In this document: piece by piece, positions 16,877 through 26,144 of the stretch
Numbering within the stretch: the stretch's first letter is position 1
How the letters are laid out: every line of letters starts with the position of its first letter
Virus record (IMG/VR): IMGVR_UViG_3300006879_000460
Location: 1-26,145 of that record
Length of the DNA: 26,145 nt
Strand: one strand, 5' to 3'
Origin: a virus
Lineage: Duplodnaviria > Caudoviricetes
Notes under the pieces: generated by a model
Database searches by the model: none
Told to the model about the DNA's origin: nothing
Seen by the model: the letters and a program-made list of their open reading frames with translations, nothing else
Translations under genes and position numbers: made by a program

Positions 16877-16914
16877 CAAGTATACGGATATTTAACCGTG
16901 ATACTTGTCTTTTT
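16876..16914 (+). terminator. Hairpin/terminator (plus strand; possibly bidirectional)
   Basis: ACAAGTATACGG-N8-CCGTGATACTTGT followed by CTTTTT. Confidence 0.6.
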
Positions 16915-16918
16915 CCCT

Positions 16919-17161
16919 TTATTTCTTTTCATTTAATTTTTTCGGAAGTTTCGCCACGTCAAATGCTCCGCTTGCCGCTAGACCCATCGCAATTCCGATA
17001 AAAACTTGTTCTTGAATTGTACCGTCAACGTAAACGATACCCGCAATGACACCTAAAACAAGCGAAACAATAGGCATATACCTTGATGAAATAAACGATT
17101 TGAATACTTGACCAAGCCCGACAATAACCGCAACAATAACCGCTAAATCAAACATAATCAT
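16919..17161 (-). CDS. Holin
   Basis: 80 aa, three hydrophobic segments, GLAASGAFD motif, basic C-terminus. Confidence 0.85.
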   Translation of the reverse strand: MIMFDLAVIVAVIVGLGQVFKSFISSRYMPIVSLVLGVIAGIVYVDGTIQEQVFIGIAMGLAASGAFDVAKLPKKLNEKK

Positions 17162-17177
17162 TCCCCCCTATAACGAA

Positions 17178-17525
17178 TTATTCCGTGGATTCATTTGACG
17201 TTTCAAGTGCTTCAACACGTGCGACTAAATCATTCCATTGTGCTTCGGTAGGAAATCCGTCTTGTCCGTCACTTCCGTCCTGCCCGTTTTTTCCGTCTGC
17301 TCCCTTGATATTCATAAGCAACGACCAAGTTCCGTTTTTATTTTGGAATAAATCGCCGCTTTCCGTATTCAAGTAAACATCATTGGGCATACCATCTTCC
17401 GAAGTAGGGTCGATAGTTCCGTGTAAAAATCGCATTCCGCTTCCACCTCCGAAATCTGATTCGCTTCCTACAACATAGACCCGAGTTGTCGGTTTGCCGT
17501 CTTTACCTATGAATAAACTCGACAT
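17178..17525 (-). CDS. Small virion-associated protein with short collagen-like repeat
   Basis: DGMPNDVYLNTESGDLF...W, (Gxy)n repeat GADGKNGQDGSDGQDG, C-terminal coiled coil. Confidence 0.65.
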   Translation of the reverse strand: MSSLFIGKDGKPTTRVYVVGSESDFGGGSGMRFLHGTIDPTSEDGMPNDVYLNTESGDLFQNKNGTWSLLMNIKGADGKNGQDGSDGQDGFPTEAQWNDLVARVEALETSNESTE

Positions 17526-17529
17526 ATCT

Positions 17530-17850
17530 TCAACCCTCCTTGTTCTGTCGATTTCTGTTTTCTTTTCGAAGTTTTAATTCCTCTTTGATATCGTCAACAT
17601 CAATCGACAACTTTTCAACGCCCGTTGCAAGGCGTTCATATTGTTTCGTAATTTCCAATATAAAAGCCGTCAACTTGTTTTCTCGTTCACGGCTTTCTTC
17701 TCTCAACTCGTTATAATCATTACGAAGACGTTCCTCACGGCGTTTTGATTCCTTCAACGTATAAACGAATAGGGAAACATACAAGACCGCCCAAAGACCT
17801 TGTCTTGTCGCTTCTGCAAGTAAAACGTCACCCCCAAATAAATCGACCAT
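17530..17850 (-). CDS. BhlA/UviB-family holin-like protein
   Basis: QGLWAVLYVSLFVYTLKESKRREERL signature; start ATG 17850. Confidence 0.8.
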   Translation of the reverse strand: MVDLFGGDVLLAEATRQGLWAVLYVSLFVYTLKESKRREERLRNDYNELREESRERENKLTAFILEITKQYERLATGVEKLSIDVDDIKEELKLRKENRNRQNKEG

Positions 17851-17866
17851 ATCAATTCCCCCTAAA

Positions 17867-20800
17867 CTATTCTTTCGGTACAACGTCGGGAACTAATTCG
17901 AACAAGTGTGGGTCTTCTTGACCCATTGTCCAAAGACCGATTCCCTTCGCACCGTATTCACTTACGGCAATGTTCATAACGTCAAGGAACGACCATGCGT
18001 CCCCTGTCCATATAATCGACATTCCTTCTTTGTCGCCGATAAGAAGTTCGCCGAACCACACGCCAGCGTCACGAAGTTTGATTTTGACGTCCTTTTCTCC
18101 CGACCATGATTTCGAATCTAATACGGTTATTTCATAGTCAAGTGAAACTTCCGTTGCGTCTTCTTCGAAAGGGTATTGCTCCTTGTCACGGGTTTCGACT
18201 TCGTTCAATCCCGAATAAATAAGATATCCGAATTCGTCATACTTATATCCCGTACGATTAATTCGCCCGTATTCCTTTCGAGTTCCGTCGATTTCAACTT
18301 CGAACTTTTCCAACGTTTCCCAACGGTCAGTTGTTCCAATTCCTAAATGCGTACAATACATTTCACAATCATTCGCATAGATTCCAACCGCACCGCTTGT
18401 TCGTTCGAGCGTAACTTCACCAGTCGCGGCGTTTACTGAACCGTCATGTTCAACGGGGTTTCCAGTACCCTCACGAAACACTTGAACGCCGCCGACATAG
18501 AAAAGACCGACACCTTTATGGGAAATAACCCGATATACTGCATTAGTGCCGTAACTAACGTTTCCTAACGCTTGTGAAGCAACAACTCGTGATTCGCCCG
18601 TGTCTTTATTTTCGTAGACAAGTTCGACCATACCTTTTTTGAAGTTACTTCGGAAGATATAACCATCTGCAACCGTTCCTTGTTTTTGTGCATGGAAGCG
18701 AATTCCTGCATTCGTTCCCGAAACAACATTGATTGTCGCTTCAATACTTAAATTAGCCGACCATTGTTTCGACAAGACTAATTGACCCGAACGTGTTCCA
18801 ATTTCTTTTTCCGTTTCGTTTGAATCAAAATGCAAACGATAGTTTCGTTGTTTCCAAGTACCTTGCGAATAGCCCACGGCAATTGGGTCTGAATAGCAAA
18901 CGTCATTCCCTGCCGAGTTCTTTCCGATATTTTTTCCTGCCCCTTCAATTCGGTAATTTGAATTCATAGTTCGGTAGTATGAAGACCCCGAAATTAACGT
19001 TTCTTCACCGTACGTTCTAAACTCGTCGTCCCATAAAATTGCAGGACGTGCGTCACGACGAAGCATTTTCGCCGCTATTGCAAATCTTTCTGGAAGAGGT
19101 GCTTCATTACCTTCCTTATCAATAAACGGCGTTATATTTGTTGTAAGCGATAATTCTCCGCCCGAATAGTTTTGGTCGAAATCGTCGCAAACTACAAATC
19201 CGTAAATTGGTGTATTTGAGGCGGAATTTCCCCCACGAACAATAATTTTATTTTTACCGCTACTAAATGAAAAACGACCACAATCTACCCAATGAGAACC
19301 CGACAAAATAAACGGATACCATTCAGGCATTTTATCGCCGCCAACACTAAACGATTGACCGTTGATTGTTCCGCCGATTTCGGCTTGCGTGTACCATGAG
19401 AAGTTTGTAAGTGCAACTACACGATAATTCCCCGAAGAAGGAACGTTGACCGTATATTCTATACTTCCTTCGGGTTCATCTTCAAGAATACAAACAAGCG
19501 AACCGTCAGCATTAGTTGCGGGAAAGTAAAGACGATTAAGTGTAAAATATCCAACAAACACTTCGTCCCTACCGTCAACGGTTTTAACTAAATGTCGGAA
19601 GTTTACGTCGTCGGGATTCATGTTTTTGTCATGTTTCCTCAAATCGGGATAATGTGGTGGATAGTCCGTTTCGAGTCCTTCTTTTTCGGGAACACTTGCA
19701 AATGCTTTTCCACTAACTTTCGAAGGTACATTTGCAATATCATGAACATTCGTCCAAATAGGGTGTTGGTCTTTAAAGTATGAAGTCGCATAATCAAGAC
19801 CGTTATACGTCCCTACTGTTGCCGTTTTTGAACCCCCGTCCTTTTCTTTTACGTCAACATACTTCGGTTCGAAACGGTCGTAAACATGCGGGTACATGAC
19901 TTCGTTCTTTGATTCGGGGTCTTGAATAGCCGCTTGAAATAAATAAGGTTGGTCGTGGTAGACGTAGACCGTACCACCGTTTTCGGTTTCCGTGTGATAG
20001 TGACGATATAGACCATTCTGCCAACCTAATAGATTTCGGAATGTGACGATTGTTCCCCTTTTAACGGCGTCTTGGTCGTGCATTCCCCAACGGTTGCCGT
20101 ACCCTGCCGCTCCGAAAAACAGATTATCAATCGTCAATTTTGCGTTCGGGTTATGTCGTGGGTCGAAACATTCACGACACCATTCCGCAACATTTCGAAA
20201 CCACCAAATAGGCGTTGAAGCCCCCGCCGAAGAACCCGACCATGCGAAGTCATACGTCATTAATTGGATTTCATCAATCGTTGCTTTTCCGTCCCTTGCC
20301 GTAGATTCCGCAAACATTTTGTAATTGTGGAAACGGTAGTAATAGGGCGTTTGATTTCCCCACATAGCATAAGCGTTGACCCTCATTTTCATTTTGCGGG
20401 GAATAAGAACTTCGTTTTTGATTCGTTCAAGGAATCTAATATATTTCAAGTCGTGACCTTGCGAAGTATAGTCGGAAGTCATTGACGCTTCAACGTCCAT
20501 TTCAACACCAGTTACATTCAAAGGCGTTCCCGAATTACGGCTTCCTTCGTAGATATCAAGAATCTTATTCAATTCGTAAATAAATTGGTCTTGCGGAAGG
20601 CGTCCTTCGGAATTCACGACGTTATTATCAAGAACGGGCTTCACTTTCGTCCAACCGAATAAAACCATTTGGAAGTACCAATCAATTGTTGGGTATTGAA
20701 TCATATGGTTTTCCATAATGATTGGAAATCGAATTCCCGTATGGTTGCCGTTTGCGTCGAAGTAATTTCGTTCACTTCGGAAGTCATATATTTTACCTTC

Positions 20801-20929
20801 CGCCGTCACGCCGAATTCATGAAGCCCGATTGAATAGATTTTATTCCAGTATTTTTCAAGGTCATCTTCGTATGCTTCCGTACCTGCATTCAACGACCAA
20901 GTTAGAATACGTCGATTATCCTTCGCCAT
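17867..20929 (-). CDS. Large glycoside hydrolase family 18-like tail-associated protein with inserted beta-sandwich domains
   Basis: GVEMDVE (DxE), QLMTYDF, FFGAAGYG, terminal GAKGIGLWTMGQED; start ATG 20929. Confidence 0.8.
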   Translation of the reverse strand: MAKDNRRILTWSLNAGTEAYEDDLEKYWNKIYSIGLHEFGVTAEGKIYDFRSERNYFDANGNHTGIRFPIIMENHMIQYPTIDWYFQMVLFGWTKVKPVLDNNVVNSEGRLPQDQFIYELNKILDIYEGSRNSGTPLNVTGVEMDVEASMTSDYTSQGHDLKYIRFLERIKNEVLIPRKMKMRVNAYAMWGNQTPYYYRFHNYKMFAESTARDGKATIDEIQLMTYDFAWSGSSAGASTPIWWFRNVAEWCRECFDPRHNPNAKLTIDNLFFGAAGYGNRWGMHDQDAVKRGTIVTFRNLLGWQNGLYRHYHTETENGGTVYVYHDQPYLFQAAIQDPESKNEVMYPHVYDRFEPKYVDVKEKDGGSKTATVGTYNGLDYATSYFKDQHPIWTNVHDIANVPSKVSGKAFASVPEKEGLETDYPPHYPDLRKHDKNMNPDDVNFRHLVKTVDGRDEVFVGYFTLNRLYFPATNADGSLVCILEDEPEGSIEYTVNVPSSGNYRVVALTNFSWYTQAEIGGTINGQSFSVGGDKMPEWYPFILSGSHWVDCGRFSFSSGKNKIIVRGGNSASNTPIYGFVVCDDFDQNYSGGELSLTTNITPFIDKEGNEAPLPERFAIAAKMLRRDARPAILWDDEFRTYGEETLISGSSYYRTMNSNYRIEGAGKNIGKNSAGNDVCYSDPIAVGYSQGTWKQRNYRLHFDSNETEKEIGTRSGQLVLSKQWSANLSIEATINVVSGTNAGIRFHAQKQGTVADGYIFRSNFKKGMVELVYENKDTGESRVVASQALGNVSYGTNAVYRVISHKGVGLFYVGGVQVFREGTGNPVEHDGSVNAATGEVTLERTSGAVGIYANDCEMYCTHLGIGTTDRWETLEKFEVEIDGTRKEYGRINRTGYKYDEFGYLIYSGLNEVETRDKEQYPFEEDATEVSLDYEITVLDSKSWSGEKDVKIKLRDAGVWFGELLIGDKEGMSIIWTGDAWSFLDVMNIAVSEYGAKGIGLWTMGQEDPHLFELVPDVVPKE

Positions 20930-20945
20930 GTTCATTCCCCCTTCA

Positions 20946-21962
20946 TTAGATTCTTGAACGACCGTACGTCCATTGGTAAAATGAAGCCGTTCCATGATAG
21001 CCGATTCCCGTATCTTCAAGATATTTGAAACTCTTTTTCTTTCGATTCCAATTGTAGTTAGAATCTTGTTCGTAAGTCACGATTTCACGTTCTACTTGTT
21101 TATAAAATTCAATTCGAATTGGTGACGTTCCTTTTGGTGCAAGCATGAATTTCTTTCGGTCAATTGGAAAATCCGTTCCGTTTATATCAATAGCACGTTC
21201 CCCGACAATCTTGACATCTTTTCCATTAACCGTCGCAATTCGAGGGGTTGCATGAACTTTGATTTCGCTTCCTGCTTTCGCCCCGTCAACCCAAAATTCA
21301 CGGGTATATCGTGTGTGCAACGGGTGATTCTCCAATAATGGAACAATAATATTTTCCCAATTTGAAATTTCACGCTCCTTACGTTCTTCGTCCCCCATAT
21401 AATAGTCGGAAGTTACTTGTTCATATTTCTGCTTTATTTCTTGATAGATTCCGCCTTCTTGTTTATACCATTGTTCACTTTCGGGTATAACCGCCCCCGC
21501 ATTTGTGGAAATACGAAGAAGGTCGAAATCCTCTTTCGGATATATTGTCAAATCAATTCCAGTTGGAAGAAGTGGAACGTCCCAATCTTCGGGAAGATAG
21601 TTCGGAACGACAAACGTTTCATGTCCCCGCCCAACGATATTGAACCAACGTCTTTCCACGTCTTCAATAATTCGGGGCGGTTGTCCGTTAAAACGGTTAG
21701 GACTTGCGACGTAAGTGTTCTCGTCATGCGTCCATGATAGCCGTTTAAGCATTTCACGTGTGTTCGGAATCCAACCCGACAATTGGTTGCCCGCTTGGAA
21801 TTGAATATCCGTAAAGTAAATTGGAACACGGTTGACCCCGCTTGTAGATGAAACGGCGTCCTTTGCTTCGACTTGGAACTCGACTTTTTCAACTTTCTTA
21901 TTCGGGTCGGCGTCGAAAGTTCCATGAAGTCGAATCCAATCTTCAAGATTTGGAAACGTCAT
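20946..21962 (-). CDS. Tail-associated protein (N-terminus resembles C-half of a carbohydrate-binding jelly-roll)
   Basis: WIRLHGTF...IYFTDIQFQAGNQLSGWIP; located in the tail operon. Confidence 0.6.
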   Translation of the reverse strand: MTFPNLEDWIRLHGTFDADPNKKVEKVEFQVEAKDAVSSTSGVNRVPIYFTDIQFQAGNQLSGWIPNTREMLKRLSWTHDENTYVASPNRFNGQPPRIIEDVERRWFNIVGRGHETFVVPNYLPEDWDVPLLPTGIDLTIYPKEDFDLLRISTNAGAVIPESEQWYKQEGGIYQEIKQKYEQVTSDYYMGDEERKEREISNWENIIVPLLENHPLHTRYTREFWVDGAKAGSEIKVHATPRIATVNGKDVKIVGERAIDINGTDFPIDRKKFMLAPKGTSPIRIEFYKQVEREIVTYEQDSNYNWNRKKKSFKYLEDTGIGYHGTASFYQWTYGRSRI

Positions 21963-22201
21963 GCGTTATCAAACGACCAACGAATTTCCGATACATGACC
22001 GACCCAAGAAGTCGCAACCGTTCCACCTTGCAACATAATATCCGTAAAATATACGGCGGGTTTCGGTGAATATTCGGAAGCGTCGGGGGATTCCCCGCAA
22101 TCGTTCGCTTCAATTACTACTTGCATATACGAAACCTTTTTCGAATGGTCTAATCTGAACGTTTCTGCAATCGTTCGAAACGAACTTTGTGAAACTGCCA
22201 T
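21959..22201 (-). CDS. Small tail-associated protein (C-half of a carbohydrate-binding jelly-roll)
   Basis: FRTIAETF...VYFTDIMLQGGTVATSW; start ATG 22201 behind SD AAGGGGGT. Confidence 0.6.
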   Translation of the reverse strand: MAVSQSSFRTIAETFRLDHSKKVSYMQVVIEANDCGESPDASEYSPKPAVYFTDIMLQGGTVATSWVGHVSEIRWSFDNA

Positions 22202-22205
22202 ACTA

Positions 22206-24818
22206 TCAACCCCCTTGATTTGTAATGTCGGGAACTGCAAGATAATGAACTTCGGGTTGCGTTTCTCCTTCGTAATATACTAGGACTTTAATTCCGACAA
22301 AGGCGTCGTCAGAACTTCCCCTAGTGATATCCCCTTCCGTTGCAACTGCCGCCGATACCGTATAAGTCGAACGGTGTGAAACCCCTTCAACGGTTTGCGT
22401 CATTTGTGCGTCAACATTATAGTTAGGCTCTACTTTGAACGACCATGAACCCGAAAATCCAACGTTTGCAAGTTCGAATTGAGTTCCGTTCGGGGTATGA
22501 ACCCACGAATTGAATCCGTCGTCAGCACGGGAATTCAACAAGTTATTGAATACCGTCATTTGTTGAACGTCTGTCGGTGAAAGTGGGTCGGATTCGATAA
22601 GGTTTTCAATCCTATCGTCAATTGCACGGGATTGAATATCTGCAAGCGTTTTTTGTGGTTGTGCAAGTTCGACGACTGTATTTTCGGGTTTCCGAACGTC
22701 TTGTTTTCTCCGCATGATTCGATTGACGATTTCTTCGCCGAATAGGTCGTTATCAATTGCCGTGACTGTATCACCTAAATCAAACGATTCATGTTCGTGA
22801 CCCGTCAACGTTGAAAGGTCGTGAACCGTTGTAGTATAAGCGACATTCGGCTTCGACATTTCATCAAGCAATCTTTGTCCGTCTTCTTTAAGGTTTTCGG
22901 GTACGGTATATCGTTCGTCTTTCCACTTATACGGAATGATTTTTCGACGTAATTTCAACTTATCGACCCATTTACGGTTTTCAAGATATGGTTTCCCGTT
23001 GTTGACCGTAGTTATATCAAGTTCACCTTTACCAGTTGGATAGATTCTTGTTACAAGGTCATAAGTGTCGATAACTCGTTCAATATTCTTCAAGTTCTTT
23101 TCATAGATAAATCGAACGCCCGAATCTGTTCCGATTTTTTCCAACAAATGAATAACTTTGTTTTTCGTGTCGAATAGGATTTCGCCGCCCCATATATCCG
23201 CTACATCACGAACCAAAGAAAGAACGTCTTTCCATTCGGAACGAAGCGTTCTTCTCTTTTCGATATCCACCCGACCAATTGTCCAATCGAATTCGGGGTC
23301 GTCTTCTTCACGGAATAAATTATCAATAATCGCTTGAAGGGCAAATCTTGCCGATACTCCAACAACCTCAATGCCGTCAACATACCAGTCACGAAGTTCC
23401 GTCCAACGGGCTTCACAAATAAAATCGGAATATAAGTTTCCGCTTTCGTCCCGACGGTCAAGAACCTCTTTCACGACGTAATATCTTTCGGCGATATTCG
23501 CAATCAATTCAACGGGTTCGTCACCAAGTTCCTTCCGCTTCTTGTCTTGAATAGGAAGTTTGAACGTCAATTTGTCTTCGCCGTTTACTTCTTCTTCAAT
23601 AATTAAATCGTAAGCATTGTTGACGACACCTAACGAATCAAGACCGTCTTCCAAATCACGGTACAAATAAAGCGGGTCGTCTGATTTGACTTTTGTATTT
23701 GGTAAATCGGGAACGGGAATTTCAATATCGCCTTCCATGATTCGTAATTCGTCAAGTTGCGGCGTCAAATAACCGTCCGACGTTTCGAAGTCAACACGAA
23801 CTTGTAAATAACGTTGGTTTGTCGATTGAATCAATCCGTCAACGTTTACTTGTCGCCATTCTTCCCACGATTCACCGTCCGCACTTGAACGGGTGAAATA
23901 CGTCAATTTTGTCGTGGAACTAGGAAGTTGACTATCTGCTTCGATATATCCGAAATCAACAAATTGACCTTGACCGCCTAAATCAATCGTTGGTGAATAC
24001 CAAGATATAAGTGTATTTGTCGGATATAAACCGTTAAGACCTTTCGCTAGTACAATCGAGCCGTCAACGCTTTGAGTATCAATCATTTCACCGAATGCAA
24101 TCTTTCGGCGATATTCTTCCGCTTGTTCAAACGTCCAAGAATCTTCGTTGATTGCGAAAATAACTTCGTCTATAGTCGTTCCCGACAAAGGATAATTGCC
24201 GCCGTATTCGTCCATGTTTCCGACAAGGAATGAACGTTCAAATGCACTATATTTAAAGGCGACGTATTCTCGAATCCATTGTTCGCCGTTGACCCTTGCC
24301 GTGACCCAACTACCGTCGTAAATAATCGCTACATGATACCATTGATTCGCTTGAAATGTATTGTCGGAATATACGCCAAGACTTCCGCCATCACCGTACA
24401 TTCGTAAATTTAATTGTCCGTCAAGGGAAGCAACGTGCAATCCGTATAGTCCCGCAGATTCCCAACCGTCACCCCTATTTGTTGCAAGAATTGACCAACC
24501 TGATAAATCGGACGGGGTAAATCTTACCCAAAACGAAAGAGTAAATTTATCTAATTTCGGGAACTTCCAGTTGTGCCAAATTAAATGTTCGCCGTTAAAT
24601 TCGTTTCCGATTCCGTAAACACCTTCGACGGGCGTTGGATTTCCACGAATCCAGTCAAAATACTTTCCCGAACCCGTTGACGGTCTTGTCGGTTCATATG
24701 CCGTGTCGTTCGGCAAGTTTTCACCGTCGAAATATAAATAAGGATTCGTCGGAATGATATTCGATAGATTCGATTCAAAATCCGAACGATTCGTAAATAC
24801 CGCTTTACGCCTTGCCAT
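22206..24818 (-). CDS. Tail tip protein: LamG/concanavalin domain + Tal (prophage endopeptidase-tail) domain
   Basis: FTLSFWV...WYHVAIIYDG...IDEV (LamG); EEVNGEDKLTF, WGGEILFD, YEKNLKNIER, LVTRIYPTGKGEL, LGDTV (Tal); start ATG 24818. Confidence 0.85.
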   Translation of the reverse strand: MARRKAVFTNRSDFESNLSNIIPTNPYLYFDGENLPNDTAYEPTRPSTGSGKYFDWIRGNPTPVEGVYGIGNEFNGEHLIWHNWKFPKLDKFTLSFWVRFTPSDLSGWSILATNRGDGWESAGLYGLHVASLDGQLNLRMYGDGGSLGVYSDNTFQANQWYHVAIIYDGSWVTARVNGEQWIREYVAFKYSAFERSFLVGNMDEYGGNYPLSGTTIDEVIFAINEDSWTFEQAEEYRRKIAFGEMIDTQSVDGSIVLAKGLNGLYPTNTLISWYSPTIDLGGQGQFVDFGYIEADSQLPSSTTKLTYFTRSSADGESWEEWRQVNVDGLIQSTNQRYLQVRVDFETSDGYLTPQLDELRIMEGDIEIPVPDLPNTKVKSDDPLYLYRDLEDGLDSLGVVNNAYDLIIEEEVNGEDKLTFKLPIQDKKRKELGDEPVELIANIAERYYVVKEVLDRRDESGNLYSDFICEARWTELRDWYVDGIEVVGVSARFALQAIIDNLFREEDDPEFDWTIGRVDIEKRRTLRSEWKDVLSLVRDVADIWGGEILFDTKNKVIHLLEKIGTDSGVRFIYEKNLKNIERVIDTYDLVTRIYPTGKGELDITTVNNGKPYLENRKWVDKLKLRRKIIPYKWKDERYTVPENLKEDGQRLLDEMSKPNVAYTTTVHDLSTLTGHEHESFDLGDTVTAIDNDLFGEEIVNRIMRRKQDVRKPENTVVELAQPQKTLADIQSRAIDDRIENLIESDPLSPTDVQQMTVFNNLLNSRADDGFNSWVHTPNGTQFELANVGFSGSWSFKVEPNYNVDAQMTQTVEGVSHRSTYTVSAAVATEGDITRGSSDDAFVGIKVLVYYEGETQPEVHYLAVPDITNQGG

Positions 24819-24849
24819 TTCCGCACCCCCTAAACTTTCTATATAAACG

Positions 24850-24882
24850 AAAAAAAAAGACGGCAACCCGAAGGAAGCCGTC
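24850..24882 (-). terminator. Intrinsic terminator between dit and tail-tip gene (possible attenuator)
   Basis: GACGGC-TTCCTTCGGGTT-GCCGTC followed by T9. Confidence 0.7.
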
Positions 24883-24936
24883 GTTCTATATCCTTCGTCT
24901 AACAATTAAGCCAACGAAGGTTTTTACAATATTAAG

Positions 24937-25668
24937 TTACAACCATGTGTCACGATACAAAATTGAAACCGAAGAAACGCCACCCGAATTTGTAATAAGG
25001 TTTTCGCCTTCGGGTAGCGTTAAAAAATCACCTTTGACGAAGTTATATCCCGCTTTACCGTCAACCGTGATTGTCATTTCCTTACAATCAATTTCGTAAG
25101 TTCCCGCAGGGGAATCTTCCGTGAACGTAATTGTTTCGACAATACCGTCGGGGCGTGTGTTTTTAATTGAACCCGAACCGCCGCCATGTGTGACGGTCAA
25201 TTTCGGTTTCGCTTCGTGTGCCCCGTTGTGGGTTGTTCGTAAGTCATTCGAGAAAGTTCCTCGTCGTTCATTTACGGAATAAGTGAAAGGGTCGGGACAA
25301 GTAAATTGAATCGTAAATGTCCCCATTGCCCCCAATTGGTCAAGCGGAAGTTGATTCGCAAGTCTAGCAAAATATTGGACGTCGGGTTCGTCGTCAAATA
25401 TAAGCGGTTTGACACCTTTTCGTGGATTCAATATTCCTGCAAGACGACGGGCTTTCGCTTTTAAATCGTCTTTAGATTCCGCAAGAATGGTACATTCAAT
25501 TTCGATAGGTTTCGCACCGTACGAAATCCCATAGTCCCATGCTCCGTCGTGACCGCTTATTTCTTGAAGGCGGTTTTCAATAGGCGGTGTCAATGGAATA
25601 TCTTTTTTGTTTACAATAATGGAAAAGGCGTCCGAATGAACGCCCCCGAAAGTAAAACCAGTTGCCAA
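24937..25668 (-). CDS. Distal tail protein (Dit, siphophage tail family)
   Basis: GFTFGGVHS, EISGHDG, LIFDDEPDVQYFA, FTCPDPFTYS, FLTLPEGEN; directly follows the tape measure gene. Confidence 0.9.
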   Translation of the reverse strand: MATGFTFGGVHSDAFSIIVNKKDIPLTPPIENRLQEISGHDGAWDYGISYGAKPIEIECTILAESKDDLKAKARRLAGILNPRKGVKPLIFDDEPDVQYFARLANQLPLDQLGAMGTFTIQFTCPDPFTYSVNERRGTFSNDLRTTHNGAHEAKPKLTVTHGGGSGSIKNTRPDGIVETITFTEDSPAGTYEIDCKEMTITVDGKAGYNFVKGDFLTLPEGENLITNSGGVSSVSILYRDTWL

Positions 25669-25670
25669 TA

Positions 25671-26144
25671 TTATCGACCCCCTTTTGCACGGTCATGACT
25701 TCGTTGCAAGTTGAACAATTCACGGGAAACATTTCGAACATCTTGTTCGTCCCGTACGTTCATGCTTTCGACTTGAACAAGCGGTGCATTGTAGTTCGTA
25801 CCGCCATTTCCACCGTTACCGAATTCAAACGCTTCTTCCACGCCAACAAATCCAACTTGAAGGTTTCCGATTTGTGGTGGTGCGATTTGAACGTTAGAAA
25901 TCCCTTCAAACGCTCCTTTGACCGCATTTGCTCCCGAAAGAATCTTATCGGAAACATTACCCATAGCCTTGACGGGTGCTTTCTGCATTGCGTCAATACC
26001 GACTTCCATTCCACGCATTAATTCCGCACCGATTTCATCACGGAATAATCGTGAAGGTGACTTGATTCCGAAGAATCCTTTGATTCCGCCAACAATTCCG
26101 TCCATGAATCCGCTAATTTTCGACTTTATCCAACCGCCAACCGA
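25671..26144 (-). CDS. Tail tape measure protein, C-terminal part (5' end outside window)
   Basis: IKGFFGIKSPSRLFRDEIG motif; position immediately upstream of Dit. Confidence 0.88.
   Translation of the reverse strand, partial: SVGGWIKSKISGFMDGIVGGIKGFFGIKSPSRLFRDEIGAELMRGMEVGIDAMQKAPVKAMGNVSDKILSGANAVKGAFEGISNVQIAPPQIGNLQVGFVGVEEAFEFGNGGNGGTNYNAPLVQVESMNVRDEQDVRNVSRELFNLQRSHDRAKGGR

Larger units (their letters stand above)
16529..16914 (+). ncRNA. Putative SOS-inducible antisense RNA spanning the RHH regulator gene
   Basis: Lies between the LexA-boxed promoter and a plus-strand hairpin with T-run at 16876-16914; no plus-strand ORF of 60 aa or more; ends inferred. Confidence 0.55.

Noticed and set aside
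24936-24944. GTTACAACC iteron-like match
   Set aside because: Isolated copy formed by the last codons of dit; likely chance.
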